A stretch of 64,000 nucleotides of DNA from an uncultured Flavobacteriales bacterium (GTDB lineage Bacteria; Bacteroidota; Bacteroidia; Flavobacteriales; BACL11), in the NCBI GenBank assembly GCA_943788405.1, contig CALSQD010000002.1:1325701-1389700 (forward strand). Reading direction: 5' to 3'. The notes beneath the pieces were generated by a model. The model saw nothing but the letters and a program-made list of their open reading frames with translations. It was not told where the DNA came from and made no database searches. Of this stretch, positions 51,396-60,556 are shown in pieces. Within the stretch, counting starts at the first letter, position 1. Each line of letters begins with the position of its first letter. A program made the position numbers and the translations under genes.

Positions 51396-52092
51396 GATAC
51401 TTTTCCTTCTATTTTTTTGTTTTGCTTTTAGTGCAAAATCTCAAAATAGTAAAACTACATTTGGCCTACAATACAAGCCAATAGTACCTGCTGCATATTT
51501 TAATGCTGCTGATGTTAGTAAAAGTTCAGGGTCGTACAAATTTAATTTAAATCCTAAATACAGCAATTCATTTGGGATGGTTATTAGACACAAAATAAAC
51601 AAAACTTTCTCGGTAGAGTCAGGATTAAATTATACCCAAAGAAATTTTAAATTGGCAATAAGCAATAGCGAAATTGGGTTAGATGATTTCACCAATTTTA
51701 ATATGCGCTCGTATGAATTCCCAATACAAATACTTACCTATGTTCGTGCATCAGAATATTGGTATTTAAATGTTGCCTTTGGAATTTCACACAATGTATT
51801 GGCTTCAGATGTATTCTCATATGGTGAAGGCAGCAGAAGTTTCTTGCAAGAATCATATAGGAAAAATGGAGGATATAGAGCTTTACTTGCTAATATAGGA
51901 ATGGAATACAGAACTGAGGAAAAAGGATATTATTATTTTGGAGCAAGCCTACACAATCCTTGGAGAGTAATAGGGAGAGTTTATCCAAAGTATAAAACCA
52001 ATGCAAATGAATTCAATACGGATGAAGAATTCTATTTTGATATGCTTGGAAATTTTGTTACGATAGACTTCAGGTACTTTTTTGCAGAATAA
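51385..52092 (+). CDS. Hypothetical outer-membrane beta-barrel protein
   Basis: The signal peptide MNNRILFLLFFCFAFSAKSQ begins at ATG 51385. The composition is beta-rich and the C-terminus is ...IDFRYFFAE. Confidence 0.6.
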   Translation: MNNRILFLLFFCFAFSAKSQNSKTTFGLQYKPIVPAAYFNAADVSKSSGSYKFNLNPKYSNSFGMVIRHKINKTFSVESGLNYTQRNFKLAISNSEIGLDDFTNFNMRSYEFPIQILTYVRASEYWYLNVAFGISHNVLASDVFSYGEGSRSFLQESYRKNGGYRALLANIGMEYRTEEKGYYYFGASLHNPWRVIGRVYPKYKTNANEFNTDEEFYFDMLGNFVTIDFRYFFAE

Positions 52093-52121
52093 AAAAAGGG
52101 AAGCAAACGCTTCCCTTTTTT
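52091..52121. terminator. Bidirectional rho-independent terminator between convergent genes
   Basis: A7-GGGAAGC-AAAC-GCTTCCC-T6. It is flanked by U-runs for both strands. Confidence 0.8.
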
Positions 52122-52140
52122 AAAATGAACATCAATTTTA

Positions 52141-52452
52141 TTAAGCGTGTAACATATCTTTTTTAGTCTGTAGTTCTGCTTCAGTCTCTACATTATCTTC
52201 ATCAGGAACACAACAATCAACAGGACAAACAGCAGCACATTGAGGCTCTTCATGAAAGCCAATACATTCTGTACACTTGTCAGTTGCTATATAGAAAAAA
52301 TCATCTGAACCAGCTTCATTTTCAGTATCGTTTGCAACACTAGTTCCGTCAGACATTTTCCACATTTCTTCAGGAGCATAAATTGCATTATTAGGACATT
52401 CTGGCTCGCAAGCCTCACAATTGATACAATCGTCTGTTATTTTAATTGCCAT
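52141..52452 (-). CDS. 2x[4Fe-4S] ferredoxin
   Basis: 103 aa. Its cluster motifs are CINCEACEPECP and CTECIGFHEEPQCAAVCPVDCC. Confidence 0.9.
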   Translation of the reverse strand: MAIKITDDCINCEACEPECPNNAIYAPEEMWKMSDGTSVANDTENEAGSDDFFYIATDKCTECIGFHEEPQCAAVCPVDCCVPDEDNVETEAELQTKKDMLHA

Positions 52453-52629
52453 AATTTTTCTTTTTAATTAATTATCTGATTGCAAAAATATAGCTTTTTT
52501 CAATAGGTATTACATAGCTAGTTAATTTATACTTATTCTAAATGAGGGGAAAATAATCATTTAAATTCCCTTAAATTATACCTAAGGTTTGTACTTTTGC
52601 TATCGTTAATTTTTGGCTAAAAATAAATA

Positions 52630-54471
52630 ATGGATAAAACTACTCAGGTTGTTGATTTAGAAAAAGTTGTCATCAAATTTGCTGGTGACTCAGGAGATGG
52701 AATGCAATTAACTGGGACTCAGTTTACGGATACTTCAGCTCTGCTAGGAAATGATTTAGCTACTTTCCCTGATTATCCTGCTGAAATTAGAGCACCTCAA
52801 GGAACAGTTGCTGGAGTTTCAGGATTCCAAATTCATATTGGGCGTATTGATATTAATACTCCAGGGGATATTGCTGATGTATTAGTTGCCATGAATCCTG
52901 CTGCCCTAAAAGCCAATAAAAATTGGATTAAAAAGGGAGGAACAATTATTGTAAATATTGACACTTTTACAAAACGAGATTTAGAAAAAGCAGGCTATGA
53001 AACTTCTCCTTTGGAAGATAATTCCTTTGAAGGATATAATATTATTCAGGCGCCAATTACCAAATTAACTAGAGAAGCTTTAAAAGATTCAGGCTTAGAC
53101 GGAAAAAGTATTGGAAGGTCAAAAAACATGTTTGCTTTAGGAATTGTGTATTGGATGTTTAACCGACCAATGAAGCAAACAGAAAAATTCTTAGAAAAGA
53201 AATTTGCCAAAAAACCTGAAGTTGTTGCAGCTAACATTAAAGTGATGCATGCAGGTTATAATTTTGCTGATACTATTGAAGCATTACCATCCTCCTACAC
53301 TGTACTTTCTGCAAATTTAGCACCAGGAACCTATAGGAATGTAATGGGAAATCAAGCCATTGCATGGGGGTTTTTAGCTGCAGCTGAACGATCAAACAAA
53401 GAATTATTTTTAGGATCATATCCTATTACACCAGCTTCAGATATTTTACACGAACTGGCAAAACATAAAAATTTAGGGGTTAAAACTTTTCAGGCAGAAG
53501 ATGAAATTGCAGGGATTTGTTCAGCAATTGGAGCAAGTTTTACGGGAAGTTTAGCCATCACTACAACATCAGGTCCTGGACTAGCACTAAAAGGGGAAGG
53601 CTTAGGTTTAGCCATTATGGCTGAATTGCCTTTGGTTGTTGTAAATGTACAAAGAGGAGGGCCTTCAACAGGATTGCCAACTAAAACGGAACAATCGGAT
53701 TTAATGCAAGCGCTTTACGGAAGAAATGGTGAAAGCCCTTCAGTAGTTTTAGCAAGTTCAACTCCTGGAAATTGCTTTGATTGGGCATATATGGCATCAA
53801 AAATAACATTGGAACATAATACCCCTGTCGTTTTACTTTCTGATGGATATTTAGGAAATGGAGCAGAACCTTGGAAGATAAAATCAACTAAGGATATGCC
53901 TGAAATTAACCCAAGTATTGCTGTTGAGGGAGAGGAATATCAACCTTATGCAAGAGATGAAAAAACATTGGCTAGGAAAATAGCATTACCTGGAACAAAA
54001 GGATTAGAACATAGGCTTGGCGGATTAGAAAAAGAAGATGTTACTGGAAATGTTTCTTATGACCCAGACAATCATGAAAAGATGGTGGGCATAAGAGCAG
54101 AAAAAATAAAAAGAATAGCAGATGTAATTCCTGATCAGCAAGTATTTGGGAAAGAAGAAGGAGATTTATTAGTAATTGGTTGGGGAGGAACACATGGTTC
54201 GCTTTATAGTGCAGTTGATAATTTATTGGCTGATGGAGAGGAAATTGCTTTATGCCAGTTTAACTACATAAACCCACTGCCTAACAATATTGAAACGCTA
54301 TTAAGTAAGTACAAAAAAATTGTGGTGTGCGAATTGAACTCAGGGCAGTTTGCTAATTACCTAAGAATGAATTTCCAAGGTACTATTTTTAATCAATACA
54401 ACAAAATACAAGGATTCCCATTTACATCTAGCGAACTAGAATCTCATTTTAAAACTTTATTAGCAAAATAA
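52630..54471 (+). CDS. korA: 2-oxoglutarate:ferredoxin oxidoreductase subunit alpha
   Basis: 613 aa with fused gamma and alpha domains. It has the motifs FAGDSGDGMQLTG and GSYPITPASDILHELA. It is followed by the TPP-binding beta subunit. Confidence 0.9.
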   Translation: MDKTTQVVDLEKVVIKFAGDSGDGMQLTGTQFTDTSALLGNDLATFPDYPAEIRAPQGTVAGVSGFQIHIGRIDINTPGDIADVLVAMNPAALKANKNWIKKGGTIIVNIDTFTKRDLEKAGYETSPLEDNSFEGYNIIQAPITKLTREALKDSGLDGKSIGRSKNMFALGIVYWMFNRPMKQTEKFLEKKFAKKPEVVAANIKVMHAGYNFADTIEALPSSYTVLSANLAPGTYRNVMGNQAIAWGFLAAAERSNKELFLGSYPITPASDILHELAKHKNLGVKTFQAEDEIAGICSAIGASFTGSLAITTTSGPGLALKGEGLGLAIMAELPLVVVNVQRGGPSTGLPTKTEQSDLMQALYGRNGESPSVVLASSTPGNCFDWAYMASKITLEHNTPVVLLSDGYLGNGAEPWKIKSTKDMPEINPSIAVEGEEYQPYARDEKTLARKIALPGTKGLEHRLGGLEKEDVTGNVSYDPDNHEKMVGIRAEKIKRIADVIPDQQVFGKEEGDLLVIGWGGTHGSLYSAVDNLLADGEEIALCQFNYINPLPNNIETLLSKYKKIVVCELNSGQFANYLRMNFQGTIFNQYNKIQGFPFTSSELESHFKTLLAK

Positions 54472-54472
54472 T

Positions 54473-55477
54473 ATGGAACATTTAACAAATAAAGATTTTA
54501 CGAGTGACCAAGAGGTAAAATGGTGTCCGGGCTGTGGGGATTATGCAATTTTAAGAGCCATGCAAAAGGCATTGCCAAATCTTGAAAGAAAGAAAGAAGA
54601 TTTTGTATTTATATCTGGTATTGGTTGTTCTTCTCGTTTTCCGTATTACATGAATACCTATGGATTTCATACGATACACGGTAGAGCCCCTGCTTTTGCT
54701 ACAGGAGTAAAATTGGCTAATCCAAACCTTAGTGTTTGGCAAATTACTGGTGATGGAGATGCACTTGCAATTGGTGGAAACCATTTTATACATGCCTTAA
54801 GAAGAAATATTGATATTAATATTTTACTTTTTAATAATGAGATTTACGGATTAACAAAAGGGCAGTTTTCGCCTACTTCTAAAAAAGGAATAAAAACAAA
54901 ATCAAACCCTCACGGAACTACTGACGAGCCGTTTTCTCCTTCTGATTTAGCAATTGGAGCACAAGGATCATTCTTTGCAAGGGTGGTGGATACCAACCCA
55001 AAATTAATGCAACAAATTTTTGTAGAAGCAGAAAGTCATAGAGGAACTTCTTTAATTGAAATTTTGCAAAACTGTGTTATTTTTAACGATAAAACCTTTG
55101 CTCCTATTACTGCAAAAGAGGTGAAAAAAGATGCTCAGATTGTACTAGAACAGGGTAAGCCTATGTTATTTGGTGCTGAAATGAATAAAGGAATTGTACT
55201 GAACGGATTTAAGCTAGAAGTGGTTACTGTTGGAGAAAATGGTATTACTGAAAAAGATATTTTGGTGCATGATGCGAAAGAACAAGACCCTACTTTACAT
55301 GCTATGTTGGCGCGTATGCGACCACCTGAATTTCCTGCAGCACTAGGAATTATCCGTGCAGTAGATCGTCCAACTTTTGATGAAGGATTATTGGCGCAAC
55401 TAGAGTACGAAAAAGAAAATGCCAAATTCAATACAGTAGATGAATTGCTACAAAGTGGCGATACTTGGGAGATATAG
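54473..55477 (+). CDS. korB: 2-oxoglutarate:ferredoxin oxidoreductase subunit beta
   Basis: 334 aa. It has the motifs WCPGCGDYAIL and GIGCSSRFPYY and the TPP motif GDGDALAIGGNHFIH...NNEIYGLTKGQ. Confidence 0.9.
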   Translation: MEHLTNKDFTSDQEVKWCPGCGDYAILRAMQKALPNLERKKEDFVFISGIGCSSRFPYYMNTYGFHTIHGRAPAFATGVKLANPNLSVWQITGDGDALAIGGNHFIHALRRNIDINILLFNNEIYGLTKGQFSPTSKKGIKTKSNPHGTTDEPFSPSDLAIGAQGSFFARVVDTNPKLMQQIFVEAESHRGTSLIEILQNCVIFNDKTFAPITAKEVKKDAQIVLEQGKPMLFGAEMNKGIVLNGFKLEVVTVGENGITEKDILVHDAKEQDPTLHAMLARMRPPEFPAALGIIRAVDRPTFDEGLLAQLEYEKENAKFNTVDELLQSGDTWEI

Positions 55478-55486
55478 CAAAACAAA

Positions 55487-55589
55487 TTGTCATGCTGAAC
55501 GATAGTTGAATTGTTGTTTAATCAGCAAAGCCAAGCATCTACAGTTTTAAAAGGATTTGTAGATATGTTCGGCAAGCTCAATATGACAA
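55487..55589. repeat. Imperfect 103-bp palindromic intergenic element (REP-like)
   Basis: The termini are TTGTCATGCTGAAC... and ...GCTCAATATGACAA. There is an inner stem CATCTACA/TGTAGAT(A)TG. It resembles the GTCATGCTGAGC...AGCATC-type intergenic repeats common in Bacteroidota genomes. Confidence 0.4.
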
Positions 55590-55594
55590 ATAAT

Positions 55595-55625
55595 AAAAAT
55601 CCCTGCCATATTGGTGGGGATTTTT
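55595..55625. terminator. Bidirectional terminator between korB and the convergent gene remnant
   Basis: AAAAATCCCT-loop-GGGGATTTTT, with U-runs available on both strands. Confidence 0.55.
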
Positions 55626-56418
55626 ATTTTACCTTATAACCATAAGACTTTCGCATAAACTTATAATTATCTAAGTGATAATGTATGCCCTCTACCCTTT
55701 GATCAATCCAAACATCAAAAATAATAAGCTCTGGTGTACGCGATTGCCACTTGTACCACCCTTTTTGCTCCCTAAGTTTTTGCAATGATTTTGCATGTAG
55801 CTTTTTAGTAAGCTCCAAATCATAATTAGTAGTTAAGGATAGCAGAGTAAGTAATATAGCTTTTTGCCGTGCATTCAAGCCTTGTTTGTTATAATAGAAA
55901 TTACGCAAATGCTCTATCTCTTCAAGGGCTAAAGCTGAATCATCAGCATCAATAGCTGTAAGTACTTTTAGCAAACGAATATTAAAATGCCAACCCTCTC
56001 TATCTTTTTTAAGAGAGATAGTTTCTGCTAAATGATGATTTACTGTTGTATAATCCTCCTGAATATAGGCACATACAGCTGAATAATAATGCCACTTAGC
56101 TTGTTGCAATGGTGTTTGTACAGTAAAGCGGTGCTTTATTAACTCTTTGCATAGCATAATTGCCTCTGGCAATCTATCTGCAAAAAATAAAGCTAAGAAC
56201 TTTGTAATATTTAACTGATAGTAATTATAGGTATTTATACCTAAAAATGGTGATGCTATTTCTATATACTTAAATGAATCTTTTGGGTTAGCACTAAATA
56301 CAGCATTGTATGCTAATGTATTATAAATATTTCCTTCTCTACTAGCTTTATATACTAAAGGGGTAGCTTTTATAAGCTCTAATATACATAGTATGGTTTT
56401 TATTGAGCTTAAATACTT
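55624..56418 (-). pseudogene. 5'-truncated or start-less remnant of a helical-repeat (TPR-like) protein gene
   Basis: The frame is stop-free for 265 codons (56418 to 55624). There is no ATG, GTG or TTG in the first 82 codons (KYLSSIKTILCILELIKATPLVYKASREGNIYNTLAYNAVF...). The first usable start is TTG 56172, which the ORF track uses. The frame is closed upstream by TAA TAA. Confidence 0.55.
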
Positions 56419-56537
56419 TTATTACAATTGATTATATTCGGTTATAAACTTTATTTACTTTATAAGTAAATAGTTTCTTAAAAAGAACTTAAAAAATAAA
56501 ATAATATATTTGCCTCGCAATTATTTGATGTAAAAGG

Positions 56538-56559
56538 CTGTTAAAAAAAGTGTTAACAG
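56538..56559 (-). terminator. Weak candidate terminator about 100 nt downstream of the TonB-dependent receptor gene
   Basis: CTGTTAA-N8-TTAACAG forms a 7-bp stem. On the minus strand it is followed by CCTTTT. Confidence 0.3.
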
Positions 56560-56654
56560 AATTAAAAATAGAGGGGGAGATTCGAATCTTTCTACCCACT
56601 CATTTGCGTGGATTTCTTTTGCTAATTTATGAAGAACTAAATTATCATTTGATA

Positions 56655-59060
56655 TTAAAACTCAATTAACAACCCAATGCTAGGAAGGACTGTGCCAGAG
56701 TTATTAATGATCTCATATAGGGGGTAGCTTTCTGAATTTTCTCCCGTACCCTCAACTAAAGGCCCTAAATTTGGATCTATTCCATATTCAGATGGTAATT
56801 GTCTTTTTGCATTTAAAATATTTTCAATATCGATATAAGCATTTAAACTCCAAGATTTAAAGAACCATTTCTTATCAATTCTAATATCAAGTCCATGCTG
56901 GCCTTTCAGGCGTTGGGTGTTTAATAAATTATAATCTAGTACACCTCTTTGATTAATATCCCAAATACTTTTATTACTTGAATTAATTAAATCAGTAGGT
57001 GTGTAGGGTGATCCACCAGAATAACGATACTTAATCCCTAGCTCAATGTTATTCTTAAACTTTTTACCAGCTGTCATATTTAGTATAAATCTATTATCCC
57101 ATTTAGATGAAATCAATTTTCCTTCATTATCTTCAAATCTACTGTAATAATATGTTGCTGATAGTATTCCGTAAATACTTGAACTCATTTTTTGTTGTGC
57201 TAAAAGTTCTATTCCGTAACTATTACCTTTTGATATAGATGATACGTCCTCATTACCAACTACACCAAAATCATCTCCTAAATTTGCCAATGATATAGAA
57301 TCAAGTATTGAGAAGGGGTAATTACTATACCTCTTATAAAATGACTCTAATGAGATTTTGCTATAGCTAGAAGGATTATATTCAATTCCTATCACTGCAT
57401 GGTCACAAGTAATATATGCAACATCTTTGTTAAGGTATTTGCCATTATTCTCAAATCCTAATATAGTATAGGATGGTAATTGATGAAACCTACCAATATT
57501 ACTATTAATACTTGTTTTACTATTAAGGTTGTAAGCTAATGATAGTCTTGGAGAAAAATTATTTGAATTTGCATTGTCAGTAAATGAATTTCCGTCTATT
57601 CGTAAGCCAAATGAAGAAGTTAGTTTATTTTCAATGTATGTTTTGCTTATTTGTGTAAAAGCTCCATATTTTATAAAATGTAAATTAACATTATTAATTC
57701 CCGTAATAATACTATCTCCAATAGTAAATATCTGATTCGTATTGTTTGTATATGTTGCATCTTCTAAATTAGATCCAATTATAATTGAATAACCATTTCT
57801 TTTAAAATTATACTCTAAGCGTGTTTTATTCTCGATCTCTTCTGATTTGTAATCTAGAATTTTTTGTGAATTTTCATCTGCATAATCTAAATACTTTAAA
57901 GCAGTATTATCAAGATGGTTTCTACTCATTACAAAAAAGAGGTTTGAGTTATCAAAAAAATGTCTCCAAGTACCTCCAATTGTGTAATTCCATTGCTTAT
58001 TTATAACTAAATTATTTAGATTATAATTATTTAATGCAATTTGCATCGTATCTTCTTCATCATTGTTAATATCTTTATTAAGAGTGAAATCATCAATTGT
58101 AGCTATTCCAAGAAAGTTAAATTGATTCTTTCTATCTGGTTTAAAAGTATATTTAAACTGCATATCGTTATAGGTTGGTAAAAAAGGTAATTTTAATGCT
58201 TTGAATAAAAATTGTAAGTATGATCTTCTTACCGATAACAATAGAGTAGACTTTTTAGATAGCGGTGTGTTTAGCGTTAGTCCAGCATCGCTAGATCCTA
58301 GAGCAAACGAACCACTTATTTTTTCTTCATTTCCTTCAATCAGCTTTAATTCCATTACAGAGCTAAGTGCATTTCCTCGGTTTGCAGGAAAAGCTCCAGT
58401 GTAAAAATCAACTTCTCTAATAAAATTAACATTTAAAATACCTACTGGACCTCCGGATGACCCTTGAGTAGTAAAATGATTGATAGTTGGTATTTCAACC
58501 CCATCTAAGAAAAATTTATTTTCAGATGGCGAGCCTCCCCTAACAATAATATCGTTTCTAAAACCTGATGATGTAGCCACTCCAGGCAAATTTGCTACTA
58601 CTCTAGAGATATCTCTATTTCCACCAGCACTTTTAGAAATTTCTGAAGCATTAATCGTTCGCAAACTTACAGGGCTAGCTTGTGTTTTATTAAAAGTATT
58701 TCCCCTAACTTTTACTTCCCCCAAAAGCTCTGAATTTTCACTTAGAAAAAAATCAAGTCTGAGACTTTTGTTAGAGCTTACCTTTATTTCTGATTGAATA
58801 TCTGTATTAAATCCAATATAACTACATTTAAAGTTATAAGCACCAGCATTTAAACTCAAAATCTCATAGTTTCCATTAATATCAGATGTAGCGCCAATTG
58901 TTGTCCCTTCAATAATAATGTTTGCAAAAGGTATCGGCTCGTTATTTAAGGTATTACTAATTGAACCGTATACTTTTACACTTTGAGAAGATACAACATT
59001 TGAAAATGCGATAAAGCTAATAAATAGAATCGTATTTTTTATAGAAACTTTTTTATTCAT
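56655..59060 (-). CDS. TonB-dependent outer-membrane receptor with an N-terminal carboxypeptidase-regulatory-like domain
   Basis: 801 aa with a signal peptide. It has a CarboxypepD_reg-like segment (VYGSISN...PIPFANIIIEGTTIGATSDINGNYEI) and a plug region (…DISRVVANLPGVA...IIVRGGSPSENKFFLDGVEI). A long barrel ends ...SIGLLIEF. Confidence 0.85.
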   Translation of the reverse strand: MNKKVSIKNTILFISFIAFSNVVSSQSVKVYGSISNTLNNEPIPFANIIIEGTTIGATSDINGNYEILSLNAGAYNFKCSYIGFNTDIQSEIKVSSNKSLRLDFFLSENSELLGEVKVRGNTFNKTQASPVSLRTINASEISKSAGGNRDISRVVANLPGVATSSGFRNDIIVRGGSPSENKFFLDGVEIPTINHFTTQGSSGGPVGILNVNFIREVDFYTGAFPANRGNALSSVMELKLIEGNEEKISGSFALGSSDAGLTLNTPLSKKSTLLLSVRRSYLQFLFKALKLPFLPTYNDMQFKYTFKPDRKNQFNFLGIATIDDFTLNKDINNDEEDTMQIALNNYNLNNLVINKQWNYTIGGTWRHFFDNSNLFFVMSRNHLDNTALKYLDYADENSQKILDYKSEEIENKTRLEYNFKRNGYSIIIGSNLEDATYTNNTNQIFTIGDSIITGINNVNLHFIKYGAFTQISKTYIENKLTSSFGLRIDGNSFTDNANSNNFSPRLSLAYNLNSKTSINSNIGRFHQLPSYTILGFENNGKYLNKDVAYITCDHAVIGIEYNPSSYSKISLESFYKRYSNYPFSILDSISLANLGDDFGVVGNEDVSSISKGNSYGIELLAQQKMSSSIYGILSATYYYSRFEDNEGKLISSKWDNRFILNMTAGKKFKNNIELGIKYRYSGGSPYTPTDLINSSNKSIWDINQRGVLDYNLLNTQRLKGQHGLDIRIDKKWFFKSWSLNAYIDIENILNAKRQLPSEYGIDPNLGPLVEGTGENSESYPLYEIINNSGTVLPSIGLLIEF

Positions 59061-59069
59061 TCTGTAATT

Positions 59070-60089
59070 TTATGATGTGTGAATTAAGCTTGACCAAAAT
59101 TCGTGAGGTACATGATTACTAAATTTACTGTTAGGAGCAAGAATTACTGATACAGCATCATGTGAATGTAAAGATTCTTGGTGAGAGCAAATTACTCGAA
59201 AATCTTTGACACGTGTATCATTTACTAACTGTTCATATAATAATCTAGCAGCATCTTCAACAAACTTGAGATAAGATCCGTTGAGTTCAGCAAACGCCAT
59301 CTCATCTTCTCTTTTTACTATTACTTGAGTTTCAGTTTTTAAGGCATTTATACACATTTCTTGTAAATCTTCAATCCATACTGTATTTTCAAATTTAATA
59401 GATATTCTTGCTACTGAGCGCTGTGAGTGTGATACAGTTATTTTGTTTCTATATTTTTTAGCATGTTCTGCAAGTTCATAAGAACAAGGACAAGCTGAAG
59501 AGTAAACAAAATCAAAATGTAAAAACTTTATTATATCTCCTTTATTATCGATATTACTTTCTAAAGTGCAGTTATAATATTGATATCCTGAGTTCTTAGA
59601 TCTTAAGGATGATTGTAATATAGGGTAAGAAAAGTGTAATCCAATTCTTGCATCAAACGTCTCTAGATCATCTTTATAGTTAAGTAATATTTTATCTAAC
59701 TTATTATAAACTTTTTCATCTTTATATTTGTAGAAAGATCTCATAATACGAGACATATTAATACCTTTCTTATGAGCAGCTAAAGATACAGTGCCTGTTA
59801 CTTGAGTTTCAAGTTCTATATCCCCTCCTTCTCGTTTATCATACTTAAGAGGTAATCTGAAATTATGAATACCTACTTGTTGTATAGCTACAGGAGCCCC
59901 TTGTATTAAAGAAGAAGGACCATTCTGTAAGTCTGGAAAAGTCTTAATATCATCTTTAGTGGGTTTATAATCAGTATCATAATCTCTATTAGGCTCATAG
60001 TACCTTTCGGAATGTTTGTTGTTAGGAGCTTCTATTGTAGACTCAGCATCTCCAATCCATTCATATTTTTTGTCATTTTTTTTATTCAT
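59070..60089 (-). CDS. folE2: GTP cyclohydrolase I type 2 (FolE2/MptA family, GCYH-IB) with an N-terminal extension of about 50 aa
   Basis: 339 aa. Several blocks align by eye with the FolE2 sequences I know: IQQVGIHNFRLPL, KGINMSRI, SSACPCS...SHSQRS, VKREDEMAFAE...KFVEDAARL and ESLHSHDAV. Confidence 0.85.
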   Translation of the reverse strand: MNKKNDKKYEWIGDAESTIEAPNNKHSERYYEPNRDYDTDYKPTKDDIKTFPDLQNGPSSLIQGAPVAIQQVGIHNFRLPLKYDKREGGDIELETQVTGTVSLAAHKKGINMSRIMRSFYKYKDEKVYNKLDKILLNYKDDLETFDARIGLHFSYPILQSSLRSKNSGYQYYNCTLESNIDNKGDIIKFLHFDFVYSSACPCSYELAEHAKKYRNKITVSHSQRSVARISIKFENTVWIEDLQEMCINALKTETQVIVKREDEMAFAELNGSYLKFVEDAARLLYEQLVNDTRVKDFRVICSHQESLHSHDAVSVILAPNSKFSNHVPHEFWSSLIHTS

Positions 60090-60099
60090 ATTGATCCCA

Positions 60100-60555
60100 T
60101 TATTTTGTTAGAGGCTCATATATTGCTGAATTATTTGTACCGCCTTCATAACATTCAACATTTAAAACTTTAACTCTTCCTTTTGTCTCAATAAATATCA
60201 TTTTGTTTATGTAATTGTAAACATAAGTGGCAAATTTCTCACATCCAACTCCATTTAATACTCTTAGTTGTATTAAATTTTGTTCTGAAAGTTTTTTAAA
60301 TATTGATAATTGAGGATCATCTTCTGCAACTATTGTTGTATGGTCAAACATGTAGCTCATGTGTTCCTTTATTCCATTTCTTTTAAATGAGCCAAAATCA
60401 CAAACCCAGTTTAATTCGCTTAGGCTTCCTGTAAAGGTGACTTTAAACTTCATTGCGTATCCATGAATATATTGACAGTGAGAATGTTTAGCTTTCCATT
60501 GTCTAAATGCTGTGCTATATCCATCAAAAATTTTGGTACTGTTGAATTCGTTCAT
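60100..60555 (-). CDS. QueD/PTPS-fold (T-fold) protein with a non-canonical metal site
   Basis: 151 aa. The region ...YSTAFRQWKAKHSHCQYIHGYAMKF... aligns with the QueD block ...FEAAHRLP...CGRLHGHSF.... The Cys and the middle His are kept. The first His position is Phe, and HGH reads HGY. Confidence 0.7.
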   Translation of the reverse strand: MNEFNSTKIFDGYSTAFRQWKAKHSHCQYIHGYAMKFKVTFTGSLSELNWVCDFGSFKRNGIKEHMSYMFDHTTIVAEDDPQLSIFKKLSEQNLIQLRVLNGVGCEKFATYVYNYINKMIFIETKGRVKVLNVECYEGGTNNSAIYEPLTK

Positions 60556-60556
60556 T

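Noticed and set aside
56571-56603. A tRNA-like T-arm sequence (GGGGGAGATTCGAATCTTTCTACCCAC). It could be a relic tRNA 3' end or an integration att site.
   Set aside because: I could not build an acceptor stem, an anticodon arm or a D arm. The flanks of the T-stem pair poorly (GGAGA against CTTTC). The core is simply a 12-nt perfect palindrome, AGATTCGAATCT, so the resemblance may be coincidental. It is kept only as a weak hint within the junction finding.
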